Part shown: piece after piece, positions 20,897 through 31,437 of the stretch | Layout: every line of letters begins with the position of its first letter | Numbering within the stretch: position 1 is the stretch's first letter | DNA from: Candidatus Rokuibacteriota bacterium | Lineage (GTDB): Bacteria; Methylomirabilota; Methylomirabilia; Rokubacteriales; CSP1-6 | DNA: 64,000 nucleotides | Assembly (NCBI GenBank): GCA_003221655.1 | Contig: QHSV01000236.1 | Coordinates: 1,041 to 65,040, forward strand | Direction: 5' to 3' | The notes under the pieces: generated by a model | What the model was told of the DNA's origin: nothing | Seen by the model: the letters and a program-made list of their open reading frames with translations, nothing else | The model's database searches: none | Position numbers and translations under genes: made by a program

Positions 20897-22870
20897 TTGG
20901 CGGCTGTTGCGAACAGCAGCGACGCTCAGGCGCTCGACCCTGAGCACGATACGTTCCCGAAGCTCGTCCGGCTCAACGCGCGCCGCCTCGGAAACAAGGT
21001 CGCGATCCGGGAGAAAGACTTCGGGATCTGGCAGGCGTACACGTGGTCCCAGTACTTCGAGCAGGCGCGCCTCATCGCGCTCGGCCTCGCCTCCCTCGGC
21101 TTCGCGCGCGGCGACCGCGTCGCCATCGTCGGCGATAACCGCCCCCAGCTCTACTGGGCGGTGATGGCGGCCCAGGCGCTGGGCGGCGTCCCGGTGCCGA
21201 TCTACCAGGACTCCATCGAGAAGGAGCTCGAGTACATCGTCGATCACGCCGAGGTCCGGTTCGCCGTCGTCGAGGATCAGGAGCAGGTGGACAAGCTCCT
21301 GAGCGTGAGGGCGCGCTGCCGGCACCTCCAGCACGTCGTCTACGATGATCCGCGCGGGATGCGCACGTATAGCGAGCCCGGCCTCGTGAGCCTGGCCGAG
21401 CTCTGCGAGCTGGGGAAGAAGTTCGAGGTGGGCCATCCCACGCACTTCGACGACGCGGTCGCCCGAGGCGCCGCGGATGACGTCGCCATCATCTGCTACA
21501 CCTCGGGCACCACTGGCGCGCCGAAGGGCGCCATGCTGTCCCACCGGAACCTGATCGCGACCGCGCGCAACGCGGCGCGTTGCGAGGGCCTGGACCAGGA
21601 CGAGGAAGTCCTGTCGTATCTGCCGATGGCGTGGGTCGGTGATCACATCTTCTCCTACGCGCAGGCGATCATCGTGGGGTTCGCCATCAACTGTCCGGAG
21701 AGCGCGGCGACCGTCCTCCCGGACCTGAAGGAGATCGCCCCGACCTACTTCTTCGGCCCACCGCGTATCTGGGAGAGCATCTTGACCGGGGTCATGGTCC
21801 GCGTCGAGGACGCGGCGCGACCGAAGCGCGCGATGGTCCACTTCTTCCTGCGCCTGGCGCAGGACATCGAGCGCAAGCGGCTTAGCCGGCAGGTGGTCCC
21901 CCTCTGGCAACGGCTGCTCTACCCGCTGGGGAGCATCCTCGTCTACGGCCCGCTGAAGGACAATCTCGGCTTCTCGCGCGTCCGCCGCGCGTACACCGCC
22001 GGCGAGGCCATCGGCCCGGAGATCTTCCTCTTCTTCCGCGGCCTGGGCGTCAACGTCAAGCAGCTCTACGGCATGACCGAGGCCAGCGTATTCGTCACCA
22101 TCCAGCGGGACGGTGACGTGCGAGTGGACACCGTGGGAACGGCGATCACGGACGTCGAAATCCGCATCTCGGGCGAGGGAGAGGTGCTGTTTCGGAGCCC
22201 CGGCGTCTTTCAAGGCTACGCGAAGAACCCGGAGGCCACGCGACAGACGCTGGAAGACGGCTGGATCCGATCCGGAGACGCCGGCTTCCTGGACCACGAC
22301 GGCCACCTGAAGATCATCGATCGGGCGAAGGACGTGAGCCGCCTGGCCGACGGGACGATCTTCGCCCCCAAGTTCCTCGAGAACAAGCTCAAGTTCTCAC
22401 CCTACGTCCGCGAGGCCGTCTGCATCGGTCAGGGGCGGCCCTGCGTGACGGCGTTCATCAACATCGATCTCGCGGCCGTGGGGAACTGGGCGGAGCGCCG
22501 GAACATTGCCTACACGAGCTACGCCGACCTGGCCCAAAAGGCGGAGGTCTACGAGTTGATCCACCGGGAGGTGGAGCGCGTGAACCGAAGCCTCGCCGAG
22601 GACGAGGTCCTGCGCGGCGCCCAGGTGAGGCGGTTCCTGATCCTGCACAAGGAGCTGGATCCGGACGACGAGGAGATCACGCGGACGCGCAAGGTGCGTC
22701 GGGGCTACATCGCGCAGAAGTACGCGCCGCTCATCGAGGCGCTCTACGCTGGGCGTGACCGTGTCCAGGTCGAGGCGATGGTGACGTACGAAGACGGCCG
22801 TACCGGCACCATGCGTGCGGACGTGAGCATCCGCGACGTCGACGTCTTCTCCGCCCAGGCGGCGCGGTGA
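20897..22870 (+). CDS. long-chain fatty acid-CoA ligase (AMP-binding)
   Basis: TTG start with GGAGG RBS. YTSGTTGAPKG, QLYGMTE, SGDAG, TRTRKVRR. Confidence 0.92.
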   Translation: MAAVANSSDAQALDPEHDTFPKLVRLNARRLGNKVAIREKDFGIWQAYTWSQYFEQARLIALGLASLGFARGDRVAIVGDNRPQLYWAVMAAQALGGVPVPIYQDSIEKELEYIVDHAEVRFAVVEDQEQVDKLLSVRARCRHLQHVVYDDPRGMRTYSEPGLVSLAELCELGKKFEVGHPTHFDDAVARGAADDVAIICYTSGTTGAPKGAMLSHRNLIATARNAARCEGLDQDEEVLSYLPMAWVGDHIFSYAQAIIVGFAINCPESAATVLPDLKEIAPTYFFGPPRIWESILTGVMVRVEDAARPKRAMVHFFLRLAQDIERKRLSRQVVPLWQRLLYPLGSILVYGPLKDNLGFSRVRRAYTAGEAIGPEIFLFFRGLGVNVKQLYGMTEASVFVTIQRDGDVRVDTVGTAITDVEIRISGEGEVLFRSPGVFQGYAKNPEATRQTLEDGWIRSGDAGFLDHDGHLKIIDRAKDVSRLADGTIFAPKFLENKLKFSPYVREAVCIGQGRPCVTAFINIDLAAVGNWAERRNIAYTSYADLAQKAEVYELIHREVERVNRSLAEDEVLRGAQVRRFLILHKELDPDDEEITRTRKVRRGYIAQKYAPLIEALYAGRDRVQVEAMVTYEDGRTGTMRADVSIRDVDVFSAQAAR

Positions 22871-23655
22871 GCCACCCCGCGCCCGCGGGCCCGGTGCTCG
22901 AGGTGAACGGCGTGAGCGTGCGGTTCGGCGCGCTGATCGCGGTCAACCAGGTGAGCCTGAGCGTCGCGCGTGGCCAGATCGTGGCCATCATCGGCCCCAA
23001 CGGCGCCGGCAAAACGACGCTGCTCAACGCCGTCAGCGGGTTCTACCACCCGTACGAGGGACGGATCGCGTTCGAAGGCAAGGACCGTACGCGCCTGCAG
23101 CCGCCCGACGTCGCCGCCCTCGGCATCGCCCGCACGTTTCAGAACGTCGCCCTCTTCAAGGGCATGAGCGTGCTCGACAACATCATGACCGGGCGATTGC
23201 TGAAAATGCGGGGGAGCTTCCTGCTCGAGGCGCTCTACTGGGGACCGGCCAAGCGCCAGGAGCTCGAGCACCGGGCCTTCGTGGAGCGGATCATCGACTT
23301 CCTCGAGATCCAGGCGATCCGCAAGACGCCGGCGGGCCGACTGCCCTACGGACTGCAGAAGCGCGTCGAGCTCGCCCGCGCGCTCGCCGCCGAGCCGAAG
23401 CTCCTGCTGCTCGACGAGCCCATGGCGGGCATGAACGTCGAGGAGAAAGAGGACATGTGCCGCTTCATCCTCGACGTCAACCACGAGTTCGGGACGACCA
23501 TCGCGCTCATCGAACACGACATGGGTGTGGTCATGGACATCTCCGACCGGGTCGTGGTGCTCGACTACGGCCGCAAGATCGCCGACGGCCCGCCGGCCGA
23601 GGTCCGGAAGGACCAGGCCGTCCGCGACGCGTACCTGGGCGTGGCGCATGAGTGA
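22867..23655 (+). CDS. Liv-type ABC ATP-binding protein (LivG-like)
   Basis: GPNGAGKTT, LPYGLQKRVE, DEPMAG. Confidence 0.93.
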   Translation: MSHPAPAGPVLEVNGVSVRFGALIAVNQVSLSVARGQIVAIIGPNGAGKTTLLNAVSGFYHPYEGRIAFEGKDRTRLQPPDVAALGIARTFQNVALFKGMSVLDNIMTGRLLKMRGSFLLEALYWGPAKRQELEHRAFVERIIDFLEIQAIRKTPAGRLPYGLQKRVELARALAAEPKLLLLDEPMAGMNVEEKEDMCRFILDVNHEFGTTIALIEHDMGVVMDISDRVVVLDYGRKIADGPPAEVRKDQAVRDAYLGVAHE

Positions 23656-24586
23656 TCTTCTCTACATGGTGCTGGTCGCGCCGTTCAAGGACATGGCGGG
23701 CGCGCCGGCGTTTCTCGTCGAGGTGCTGATCGGTGGCGTCTTCGCTGGCCTCATGTACTCGCTGGTCGCGCTCGGGTTCGTGCTGATCTACAAGGCCTCA
23801 GGCGTGTTCAACTTCGCTCAGGGCGTGATGGTGCTGTTCGCGGCCCTCACGCTGGTCGGGCTGCTCGAGCGCGGCGCGCCCGTCGTCGTGGCCCTCGCCC
23901 TGACGGTCGCGGTGATGGTGGGGCTGGCCTACGCGATCGAACGGGTCGTGCTGCGCCCGCTCGTCAATCAGCCGCAGATCATCCTGTTCATGGCGACCAT
24001 CGGCTTGAATTTCTTCCTCGAGGGGTTCGGGGAGATGGCGTGGGGCGCCAACGTGAAGAAGCTCGACATCGGCATTCCCGATCGATCGTTCATCGTGCGC
24101 GGGGTCCAGATCAACGAGCTCGAGCTGACGGCGGCGGTGACGGCCGCGGTCCTGGTCACGCTGCTGGCGCTCTTCTTCCAGACGACCCGCATCGGCCGGG
24201 CCCTGCGCGCGGTCGCCGACGACCACGAGGCGGCGCTCTCCATCGGCATCCCGCTCAAGACGATCTGGGTCGTCGTGTGGTCGGTGGCGGGGGTCGTCGC
24301 GATCGTCGCCGGGCTGATGTGGGGCGCCAAGAGCGGCGTGCAGTTCAGCCTCTCACTGATCGCACTCAAGGCGTTGCCGGTGCTCATCCTCGGCGGCTTC
24401 GAGTCCGTGCCAGGCGCCATCGTGGGCGGGCTCATCATCGGCGTCGGCGAGAAGCTGGGCGAGGTGTACTGGGGGCCGCTCGTTGGGGGTGCCATCGAGA
24501 ACTGGTTCGCCTACGTCCTGGCCCTCGCCTTCCTGCTGGTGCGACCACAGGGCCTCTTCGGCGAGAAGATCATCGAGCGCGTGTGA
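23648..24586 (+). CDS. Liv-type ABC permease (LivH-like)
   Basis: ALGFVLIYKASGVFNFAQG, RPQGLFG. ATG 23648 overlaps the upstream stop. Confidence 0.92.
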   Translation: MSDLLYMVLVAPFKDMAGAPAFLVEVLIGGVFAGLMYSLVALGFVLIYKASGVFNFAQGVMVLFAALTLVGLLERGAPVVVALALTVAVMVGLAYAIERVVLRPLVNQPQIILFMATIGLNFFLEGFGEMAWGANVKKLDIGIPDRSFIVRGVQINELELTAAVTAAVLVTLLALFFQTTRIGRALRAVADDHEAALSIGIPLKTIWVVVWSVAGVVAIVAGLMWGAKSGVQFSLSLIALKALPVLILGGFESVPGAIVGGLIIGVGEKLGEVYWGPLVGGAIENWFAYVLALAFLLVRPQGLFGEKIIERV

Positions 24587-24590
24587 TGCG

Positions 24591-25667
24591 GTGATCTACC
24601 GAGAGGCCGGGCAGTTCAAGACGAGCTACGCGAGCGATCAAGCGGTTTTCCCGATCGTCCAGGACCGGGTGTTCGTTCTGGCGGCGGTGGTGGCGGCGTT
24701 CGTGGTGCCGCCGCTGGTCGCCGGCGACTACTGGCTCCAGGCGATCCTGATCCCGTTTCTGATCTACGCGCTCGCGGCCATCGGGCTCAATCTGCTGACC
24801 GGTTACGCCGGCCAGCTCTCGCTCGGCACCGGAGGCTTCATGGCGGTCGGCGCCTACTCGGCGTTCAAGCTGACCACCGCGTTCCCTCAGCTCAGCATCA
24901 TCGCCGTCTTCCTGCTCTCGGGCCTGGCCGCGGCCGCCATCGGCCTCCTGTTCGGCATCCCGAGCCTCAGGATCAAGGGCTTCTACCTCGCCGTCGCGAC
25001 GCTGGCCGCGCAGTTCTTCCTGATCTGGCTCTTCAACAAGGTCGCGTGGTTCACCAACTACGCGTCGTCGGGCACCATCACCGCACCCGATCGCACGGTG
25101 CTCGGCGTGACCGTCACCGGCCCGAACGCGCCGGCGGCGGCGCGCTATGTGATGGCGCTGGCCTTCGTCGCAGTCTTCGCACTGGTCGCCAAGAACCTGG
25201 TCCGCGGTCGCATCGGCCGGTCCTGGATGGCGATCCGCGACCGCGACATCGCCGCCGAGATCATCGGCGTGCGGCCGCTCCGGACAAAGCTGCTCGCGTT
25301 CGGGATCAGCTCCTTCTACTGCGGCGTGGCGGGCGCCGAGCTGGTCTTCCTCTACCTCGGCAGCGCCGAGACGCTCGCCTTCGACATCAACCAGTCGTTC
25401 CTCGTGCTCTTCATGGTGATCATCGGCGGCCTCGGGAGCATCCTGGGGTCCTGGCTGGGCGCCGCGTTCATCATCCTGCTGCCGATCTTCCTCACCAGAC
25501 TGCCGCACAGCCTTGGCCTCACCATGTCGGTCGCGCTGCAGAAGCAGATCGAACTGATGATCTTCGGGGGCCTGATCCTGTTCTTCTTGATCGTCGAACC
25601 TCATGGACTGGCGCGGCTCTGGCAGATCGGCAAGGAAAAGCTGCGCCTCTGGCCGTTCCCTCACTGA
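24591..25667 (+). CDS. Liv-type ABC permease (LivM-like)
   Basis: NLLTGYAGQLSLG, LRIKGFYLA, AIRDRDIAAE. Confidence 0.92.
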   Translation: MIYREAGQFKTSYASDQAVFPIVQDRVFVLAAVVAAFVVPPLVAGDYWLQAILIPFLIYALAAIGLNLLTGYAGQLSLGTGGFMAVGAYSAFKLTTAFPQLSIIAVFLLSGLAAAAIGLLFGIPSLRIKGFYLAVATLAAQFFLIWLFNKVAWFTNYASSGTITAPDRTVLGVTVTGPNAPAAARYVMALAFVAVFALVAKNLVRGRIGRSWMAIRDRDIAAEIIGVRPLRTKLLAFGISSFYCGVAGAELVFLYLGSAETLAFDINQSFLVLFMVIIGGLGSILGSWLGAAFIILLPIFLTRLPHSLGLTMSVALQKQIELMIFGGLILFFLIVEPHGLARLWQIGKEKLRLWPFPH

Positions 25668-25684
25668 CTCAGGAGGACACACCC

Positions 25685-27001
25685 ATGACGTGGAGAGTTG
25701 CGCTTGTCGGGATAGTGGCGCTGGCCGTCGCCGCCGGTCCGTGGGTCACCAGGGTGCAGGCGGCCGGCGAGATCTTCATCCCGCTGCTCGTCTACCGGAC
25801 CGGACCCTACGCGCCCAACGGGATCCCCATCGCCAACGGGGCCATCGACTACTTCACCCTCGTCAACGAGCGCGACGGCGGCGTGAACGGCGTCAAGATC
25901 GCGTTCGAGGAGTGCGAGGACCAGTACGACACCAAGCAGGGCGTCGAGTGCTACGAGCGGTTGAAGACCAAGAATCCCGTGCTGGTGAACCCGTACAGCA
26001 CCGGCATCACCTATCAGCTCATCCCGAAGGCGCCCGTCGACAAGGTCGTCGTGCACTCAATGGGGTACGGCATGACCGCCACCGCCGACGGCCGTTGGTT
26101 CCCGTGGGTGTTCAACTTCCCGATGACCTACTGGAGCCAGGCCTCGGCCTTCGTGAAGTACGTGGCCGCGCAGGAAGGCGGCATGGACAAGCTCAAGGGC
26201 AAGAAGATCGCGCACATCTATCACAACAGCCCGTATGGCAAGGAGGCGAACCCGACCCTCGAGGAACTGGCGCGCCGCCACGCGTTCGAGCTGACGTTGC
26301 TCGCGGTCGACCATCCCGGCCAGGAGCAGAAGGCCACGTGGCTGCAGATCAGGCGGCTCAACCCCGACTGGATCTACATCTCCGGCTGGGGCGTCATGAA
26401 CCAGGTCGCGATCAAGGAAGCGGCGGCCATCGGCTTCAAAATGGACCGGGTGGTCGGCAACTGGTGGACGGGGACCGAGGTCGACGTGATTCCCGCCGGT
26501 GACGCAGCGAAGGGTTACAAATCCATGAACTTCAACGCCCCGGGCGCAGGGTTCAAGGTACACCAGGACATCAACAAGTTCCTGTACGACAAGGGAAAGG
26601 GCGCCGGCAGGCGGGACGGCATCGGCGAGGTGCTCTACAACCGGATGGTGGTCAACGCCATGCTCAACGTCGAAGCCATCCGGACCGCGATGACGAAGCA
26701 CGGCAACAAGCCGCTCACCGGCGAGCAGGTGCGCTGGGGCTTCGAGAACCTCAACCTCACCGAGAAGCGGCTGGAAGAGCTGGGGATGAAGGGCATGATG
26801 CGCCCTTTGCGGGTGACCTGCGAGAACCACGAGGGGAACGGGCAGGCGTTCGTCCAGCAGTGGGACGGCAAGAAATGGAACGTCGTCTCCGACTGGATCG
26901 AGCCGATTCGCGAGGTGGTGCGGCCGAAGCTCGAGGCGGCGGCCGTCGACGAGGCCAAGAAGCTCGGCTACACGATGCGCGACTGCGCGAAGGAGAAATA
27001 G
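25685..27001 (+). CDS. Liv-type ABC substrate-binding protein (fatty-acid-type cluster)
   Basis: AGGAGG RBS, signal peptide, YRTGPYAPNG, YHNSPYGKE. Confidence 0.92.
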   Translation: MTWRVALVGIVALAVAAGPWVTRVQAAGEIFIPLLVYRTGPYAPNGIPIANGAIDYFTLVNERDGGVNGVKIAFEECEDQYDTKQGVECYERLKTKNPVLVNPYSTGITYQLIPKAPVDKVVVHSMGYGMTATADGRWFPWVFNFPMTYWSQASAFVKYVAAQEGGMDKLKGKKIAHIYHNSPYGKEANPTLEELARRHAFELTLLAVDHPGQEQKATWLQIRRLNPDWIYISGWGVMNQVAIKEAAAIGFKMDRVVGNWWTGTEVDVIPAGDAAKGYKSMNFNAPGAGFKVHQDINKFLYDKGKGAGRRDGIGEVLYNRMVVNAMLNVEAIRTAMTKHGNKPLTGEQVRWGFENLNLTEKRLEELGMKGMMRPLRVTCENHEGNGQAFVQQWDGKKWNVVSDWIEPIREVVRPKLEAAAVDEAKKLGYTMRDCAKEK

Positions 27002-27011
27002 AGGCGCGACG

Positions 27012-27830
27012 GTGGCGAGCGCCGCGCCGAGACCGCTCCTGTCGGTCAGCAACATCGAGGTGATCTACGACCACGTGATCCTCGTGTTGAAGGGCGTCTC
27101 GCTCCAGGTCCCCGAGGGGGGCATCGTCACCCTCCTCGGGGCCAACGGCGCCGGCAAGAGCACGACCCTCAAGGCGATCTCGGGGCTCCTCCGGACGGAG
27201 CGCGGCGAGGTGACCAAGGGGACGATCGAGTTCCAGGGGCGAGCGATCCACCGGCAGAACCCCTCCGAGGTGGTGAAGCACGGCATCGTGCAGGTGATGG
27301 AGGGGCGGCACGTGTTCGAGCACCTGACGGTCGAGGAAAATCTCCTGACGGGGGCCTACACGCGTCGCAACGGCCACTCCACGAAGAAGGATCTCGAGGT
27401 CGTCTATCACTACTTTCCGCGGCTGGTCGAGCGCCGCGGGTTCAAAGCGGGCTACATCTCGGGCGGCGAGCAGCAGATGGTGGCCATCGGCCGCGCGCTG
27501 ATGGCGCGACCGAAGATGATGCTGCTCGACGAGCCGTCCATGGGCCTGGCGCCCATGCTCGTGAAGGAGATCTTCGACATCGTCGGCCGCCTGCACCGGG
27601 AGGAAGGGGTGGCGGTGCTCCTGGCCGAGCAGAACGCGACCATGGCATTACAGGTTGCCCAGCATGGCTATGTCATGGAGAATGGCCGGATCGTGCTGGA
27701 CGGTGACGCGAAGACGATCAGCGAGAACGAGGACATCAAGGAGTTCTATCTGGGGCTGACCGGCGTCGGCCAGCGCAAGAGCTATCGGGACGTGAAGCAC
27801 TACCGACGACGGAAGCGATGGCTGTCGTGA
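27012..27830 (+). CDS. Liv-type ABC ATP-binding protein (LivF-like)
   Basis: GANGAGKST, SGGEQQM, C-terminal KHYRRRKRWLS. Confidence 0.93.
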   Translation: MASAAPRPLLSVSNIEVIYDHVILVLKGVSLQVPEGGIVTLLGANGAGKSTTLKAISGLLRTERGEVTKGTIEFQGRAIHRQNPSEVVKHGIVQVMEGRHVFEHLTVEENLLTGAYTRRNGHSTKKDLEVVYHYFPRLVERRGFKAGYISGGEQQMVAIGRALMARPKMMLLDEPSMGLAPMLVKEIFDIVGRLHREEGVAVLLAEQNATMALQVAQHGYVMENGRIVLDGDAKTISENEDIKEFYLGLTGVGQRKSYRDVKHYRRRKRWLS

Positions 27831-28609
27831 CGTCGGGGCCGACGCAGCTCGAGCTCCGAGGCGTCTCCAAGTCCTTCGGCGGCGTCCAGGCCGTGAGTCG
27901 CGTCAGCGTCGACGTCCCGAAGGGCCAGATCCTGTCCATTATCGGTCCCAACGGCGCAGGCAAGACCACCTTGCTCAACTGCATCAGCAGCGTCTTTCAC
28001 CCGGAGACCGGCACCATCGTCCTCGAGGGCCAGGACCTCACCCGGCTCTCGCCGGCCCGCGTCGCCGGCCGGGGCGTCGCCCGCACCTTCCAGAACATCG
28101 CGCTCTTCCGGGGCATGACCGTCGTCGACAACCTGATGCTCGGCCGCCACATCCACATGAAGAACGGCGTGTTTCGCTCCATGCTCTACTGGGGCCCCGG
28201 CCGTCGGGAGGAAGTCGAGCACCGCCGGGTAGTCGAGGACATCATCGACTTCCTCGAGATCGAGGCCATCCGCAAGCGGCCGGTCGGCTCGCTCCCGTAC
28301 GGGCTCCAGAAACGGGTGGAGCTGGGACGAGCCCTGGCGCTCCACCCCAAGGTGCTGCTGCTCGACGAGCCGATGGGCGGGACGAACCACGAAGAGAAAG
28401 AGGACATGGCCCGTTTCATCCTCGACGTCAACGACGAGTGGGGGACCACCATCATCCTCATCGAGCACGACATGGGCGTGGTCATGGACATCTCCCAGCG
28501 TGTGATCGTGCTCGACCTCGGCGAGAAGATCGCCGAGGGAACGCCGGCCGAGGTCAAGGCGCACCCCCAGGTGATCAAGGCGTACCTCGGCACCAAGGCG
28601 AGTGTGTAG
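27818..28609 (+). CDS. Liv-type ABC ATP-binding protein (LivG-like), second cluster
   Basis: GPNGAGKTT, LPYGLQKRVE. Paralog of 22867. The start could be GTG 27827. Confidence 0.92.
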   Translation: MAVVTSGPTQLELRGVSKSFGGVQAVSRVSVDVPKGQILSIIGPNGAGKTTLLNCISSVFHPETGTIVLEGQDLTRLSPARVAGRGVARTFQNIALFRGMTVVDNLMLGRHIHMKNGVFRSMLYWGPGRREEVEHRRVVEDIIDFLEIEAIRKRPVGSLPYGLQKRVELGRALALHPKVLLLDEPMGGTNHEEKEDMARFILDVNDEWGTTIILIEHDMGVVMDISQRVIVLDLGEKIAEGTPAEVKAHPQVIKAYLGTKASV

Positions 28610-28620
28610 GAGGCGAGCCC

Positions 28621-30537
28621 ATGCCGGAGATGACGCTTCCCCAGTTCCTGCTCAAGAACGCCCGGGAGCATCCGACCGCGTCGGCGCTGCGGGAGAAGGA
28701 GAAGGGTATCTGGCAGGAGTGGAGCTGGGCGGATTACCTCGGGCACGTCCGTGCCTTCGCCCTCGGCCTCGTGAGCCTGGGGTTCGGGCGCGACGACAAG
28801 CTCGCCATCCTGAGCGACAACCGACCTCAAGTGTACGCCGCCATGGTCGCAGCGCAGGTCGTGGGCGGGATCCCGGTGCCCGTCTTCCAGGACGCCATCG
28901 CGCGAGAGATCCAGTACGTCATCGATCACGCCGACGCGACGATCGTCTTCGCCGAGGACCAGGAACAGGTGGACAAGATCCTCGAGCTCAAGGGGAGCCT
29001 CCCCAAGGTCGCGAAGCTGATCTACGAGGATCCCAAGGGGCTCCGCCACTACGCCGATCCGCTCCTCATGAGCCTCGAGAAGCTGGAGGAGCTGGGCCGG
29101 AAGCTCGACGGCGAGCGGCCCGGGCTGTTCGAGGAGCTGGTGAGGTCGACGAAATCCCACGATGTGGCGCTGATCTGCTACACCTCCGGCACCACCGGCG
29201 CTCCGAAGGGCGCCATGATCTCGCACGCCAACCTCGTCAGCGCGATCCAGGGGATCCTCGAGGTCGAGCACTACGGCAGGACAGACCAGATGCTCGCCTA
29301 TCTGCCCCCGGCCTGGATCGGCGACACGTTCTGGTCGCTCGCCGGCTCCCTCATCGTCGGCTGCACGGTCAACTGCCCGGAGCGTCCGGAAACGGTGCTC
29401 GAGAATCTGAGAGAGATCGGCCCGCACTTCATGATCGCGCCGCCGAGGATCTGGGAGAACCTGGTCTCCACGGTCCAGATCAAGATGGCGGACGCGTCCT
29501 GGGCGAAGCGCCGTCTGTACACGTGGCTCATGCCGGCCGGGGAAGAGGCGGCACGACGCGCGATGGAGAAGCGGCCGCTCTCGCTCCGGCTGCGCATCCT
29601 CCACGCCCTCGGCGAATTCCTCGTCTTCGCCCCGCTGCGCGACCAGCTGGGCTTTCGGCGCACCCGCTACGCGTACACGGGCGGGGCCCCGCTCGGCCCG
29701 GAGATCTTCCTCTTCTTCCGCTCCCTCGGGATCAACCTCAAACAGGTGTACGGTCAGACGGAGGCGGGCGGTGTGTCCTGCGTCCAGCGCGATGGCGACA
29801 TCAAGCTCGGCACGGTGGGCAAGCCCTTCCCCAACACCGAGGTCAGGCTCACCGAGACGGGCGAGGTCATCAGCCGGAGCCCGTGCGTGTTCGTCGGGTA
29901 CTACAAGAACCCGGAGGCGACGATCGCGACGCTTCGGGACGGGTGGCTCTACTCCGGCGACGCCGCGCTGTTCGACCAGGACGGCCACCTGATCGTCATC
30001 GACCGCGCGAAGGACGTCACCGCTCTCGCCGACAGCACCAAGTTCGCGCCACAGTTCATCGAGAACAAGCTCAAGTTCAGCCCCTACATCAAGGAGGCGG
30101 TGGCGGTTGGCCAGGACCGGCCCTACGTCGGCGCCATGGTCAACATCGACATGGAGAACGTCGGCAAGTGGGCCGAGCGTCGACAGATCGCCTACACGAC
30201 GTACACGGACCTCGCCCAGAAGACGGAGGTCTATGACCTGATCGCCGAGGAGGTCGAGCGGGTGAACCGGGACCTGCCGGACGGCACGCGCATCAACAAG
30301 TACGTGCTCCTCCACAAGGAGCTCGACCCGGACGACGAAGAGGTCACACGCACGCGCAAGGTGCGTCGCGGCTTCGTGGCCAAGAAGTACGCGGACATCA
30401 TCGAGGCGCTCTACTCGGAGGCCCGGTCGGTCGGGGTCATCGCGGTGATCACCTACCAGGATGGGCGGCAGGCCACCGTGCGCACGGAGCTCGCCATCCG
30501 CCAGGTCGGCGCGGCGCGCGAGCTGGCGGGGGTGTAG
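28621..30537 (+). CDS. long-chain fatty acid-CoA ligase, second cluster
   Basis: GGAGG RBS. YTSGTTGAPKG, QVYGQTE, SGDAA. Paralog of 20897. Confidence 0.92.
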   Translation: MPEMTLPQFLLKNAREHPTASALREKEKGIWQEWSWADYLGHVRAFALGLVSLGFGRDDKLAILSDNRPQVYAAMVAAQVVGGIPVPVFQDAIAREIQYVIDHADATIVFAEDQEQVDKILELKGSLPKVAKLIYEDPKGLRHYADPLLMSLEKLEELGRKLDGERPGLFEELVRSTKSHDVALICYTSGTTGAPKGAMISHANLVSAIQGILEVEHYGRTDQMLAYLPPAWIGDTFWSLAGSLIVGCTVNCPERPETVLENLREIGPHFMIAPPRIWENLVSTVQIKMADASWAKRRLYTWLMPAGEEAARRAMEKRPLSLRLRILHALGEFLVFAPLRDQLGFRRTRYAYTGGAPLGPEIFLFFRSLGINLKQVYGQTEAGGVSCVQRDGDIKLGTVGKPFPNTEVRLTETGEVISRSPCVFVGYYKNPEATIATLRDGWLYSGDAALFDQDGHLIVIDRAKDVTALADSTKFAPQFIENKLKFSPYIKEAVAVGQDRPYVGAMVNIDMENVGKWAERRQIAYTTYTDLAQKTEVYDLIAEEVERVNRDLPDGTRINKYVLLHKELDPDDEEVTRTRKVRRGFVAKKYADIIEALYSEARSVGVIAVITYQDGRQATVRTELAIRQVGAARELAGV

Positions 30538-30539
30538 CC

Positions 30540-31424
30540 TTGGCCTTCTTCTTCGACCTCTTCGTGAACGGGCTGATGATCGGGTCGATGTACGCGCTGG
30601 TCGCCCTCGGATTCGTCCTGATCTACAAGGCCACCAGCGTGGTCAACTTCGCCCAGGGTGATCTGGTGATGTTCGGCGGCTACATCGCGGCCGCGCTCGT
30701 GGTCCTGTACAAGCTTCCGCTGGCCATCGCGCTGCCGGTCTTGCTCGGGTCGATGATCGCGCTCGGCTTCATCGTCGAGCGCGGCGTGTTGCGGCCGATG
30801 GTGGGGCAGAACGTGATCTCGGTGGTCATGGTCACCATCGGGCTGTCCCAGGTCTTCCAGGGATCGGCCGCCATGCTCTGGGGCGCCCAGACCAAGAGCA
30901 TTCCGCTCCCGATCCCTCTCGAGCCGTACGTGATCTGGGAGATCTACATCTCTCCCGTCAACCTCGTCGCCGCCCTCGTGTCAGGCGTCTTCCTGGTCGC
31001 CTTCGCCTGGTTCTTCAGAAAAAGTCGAATGGGTATCGCCATGCGAGCGACCGCTAACGACCAGCAGGCGGCGATGGCGGTGGGCATCAACGTGCGCTTC
31101 ATCTTTGCGCTCTCGTGGGCCATCGCCGGGCTGGCGGCCGCCCTCGGTGGAGTCCTGTGGGGCAACCTCATCGGCGTGGACACCCAGCTCGCGCTGGTGG
31201 GCCTCAAGGTCTTCCCGGCCGTCATCCTCGGTGGCCTCGACAGCGTTCCTGGCGCCCTGGTCGGAGGCCTCATCATCGGGGCGGTCGAGAGCGTGGCCGC
31301 CGGCTACGTCGATCCCTACGTGGGCGGGGGCACCAAGGACTTCCTGCCCTACGTCCTCATGATCCTCGCGTTGATGGTCAGGCCGTACGGGTTCTTCGGG
31401 CGCGAGATCATCGAGCGGGTCTGA
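30540..31424 (+). CDS. Liv-type ABC permease (LivH-like), second cluster
   Basis: ALGFVLIYKATSVVNFAQG, ending EIIERV. Confidence 0.92.
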   Translation: MAFFFDLFVNGLMIGSMYALVALGFVLIYKATSVVNFAQGDLVMFGGYIAAALVVLYKLPLAIALPVLLGSMIALGFIVERGVLRPMVGQNVISVVMVTIGLSQVFQGSAAMLWGAQTKSIPLPIPLEPYVIWEIYISPVNLVAALVSGVFLVAFAWFFRKSRMGIAMRATANDQQAAMAVGINVRFIFALSWAIAGLAAALGGVLWGNLIGVDTQLALVGLKVFPAVILGGLDSVPGALVGGLIIGAVESVAAGYVDPYVGGGTKDFLPYVLMILALMVRPYGFFGREIIERV

Positions 31425-31437
31425 GGGCGATAGCCAG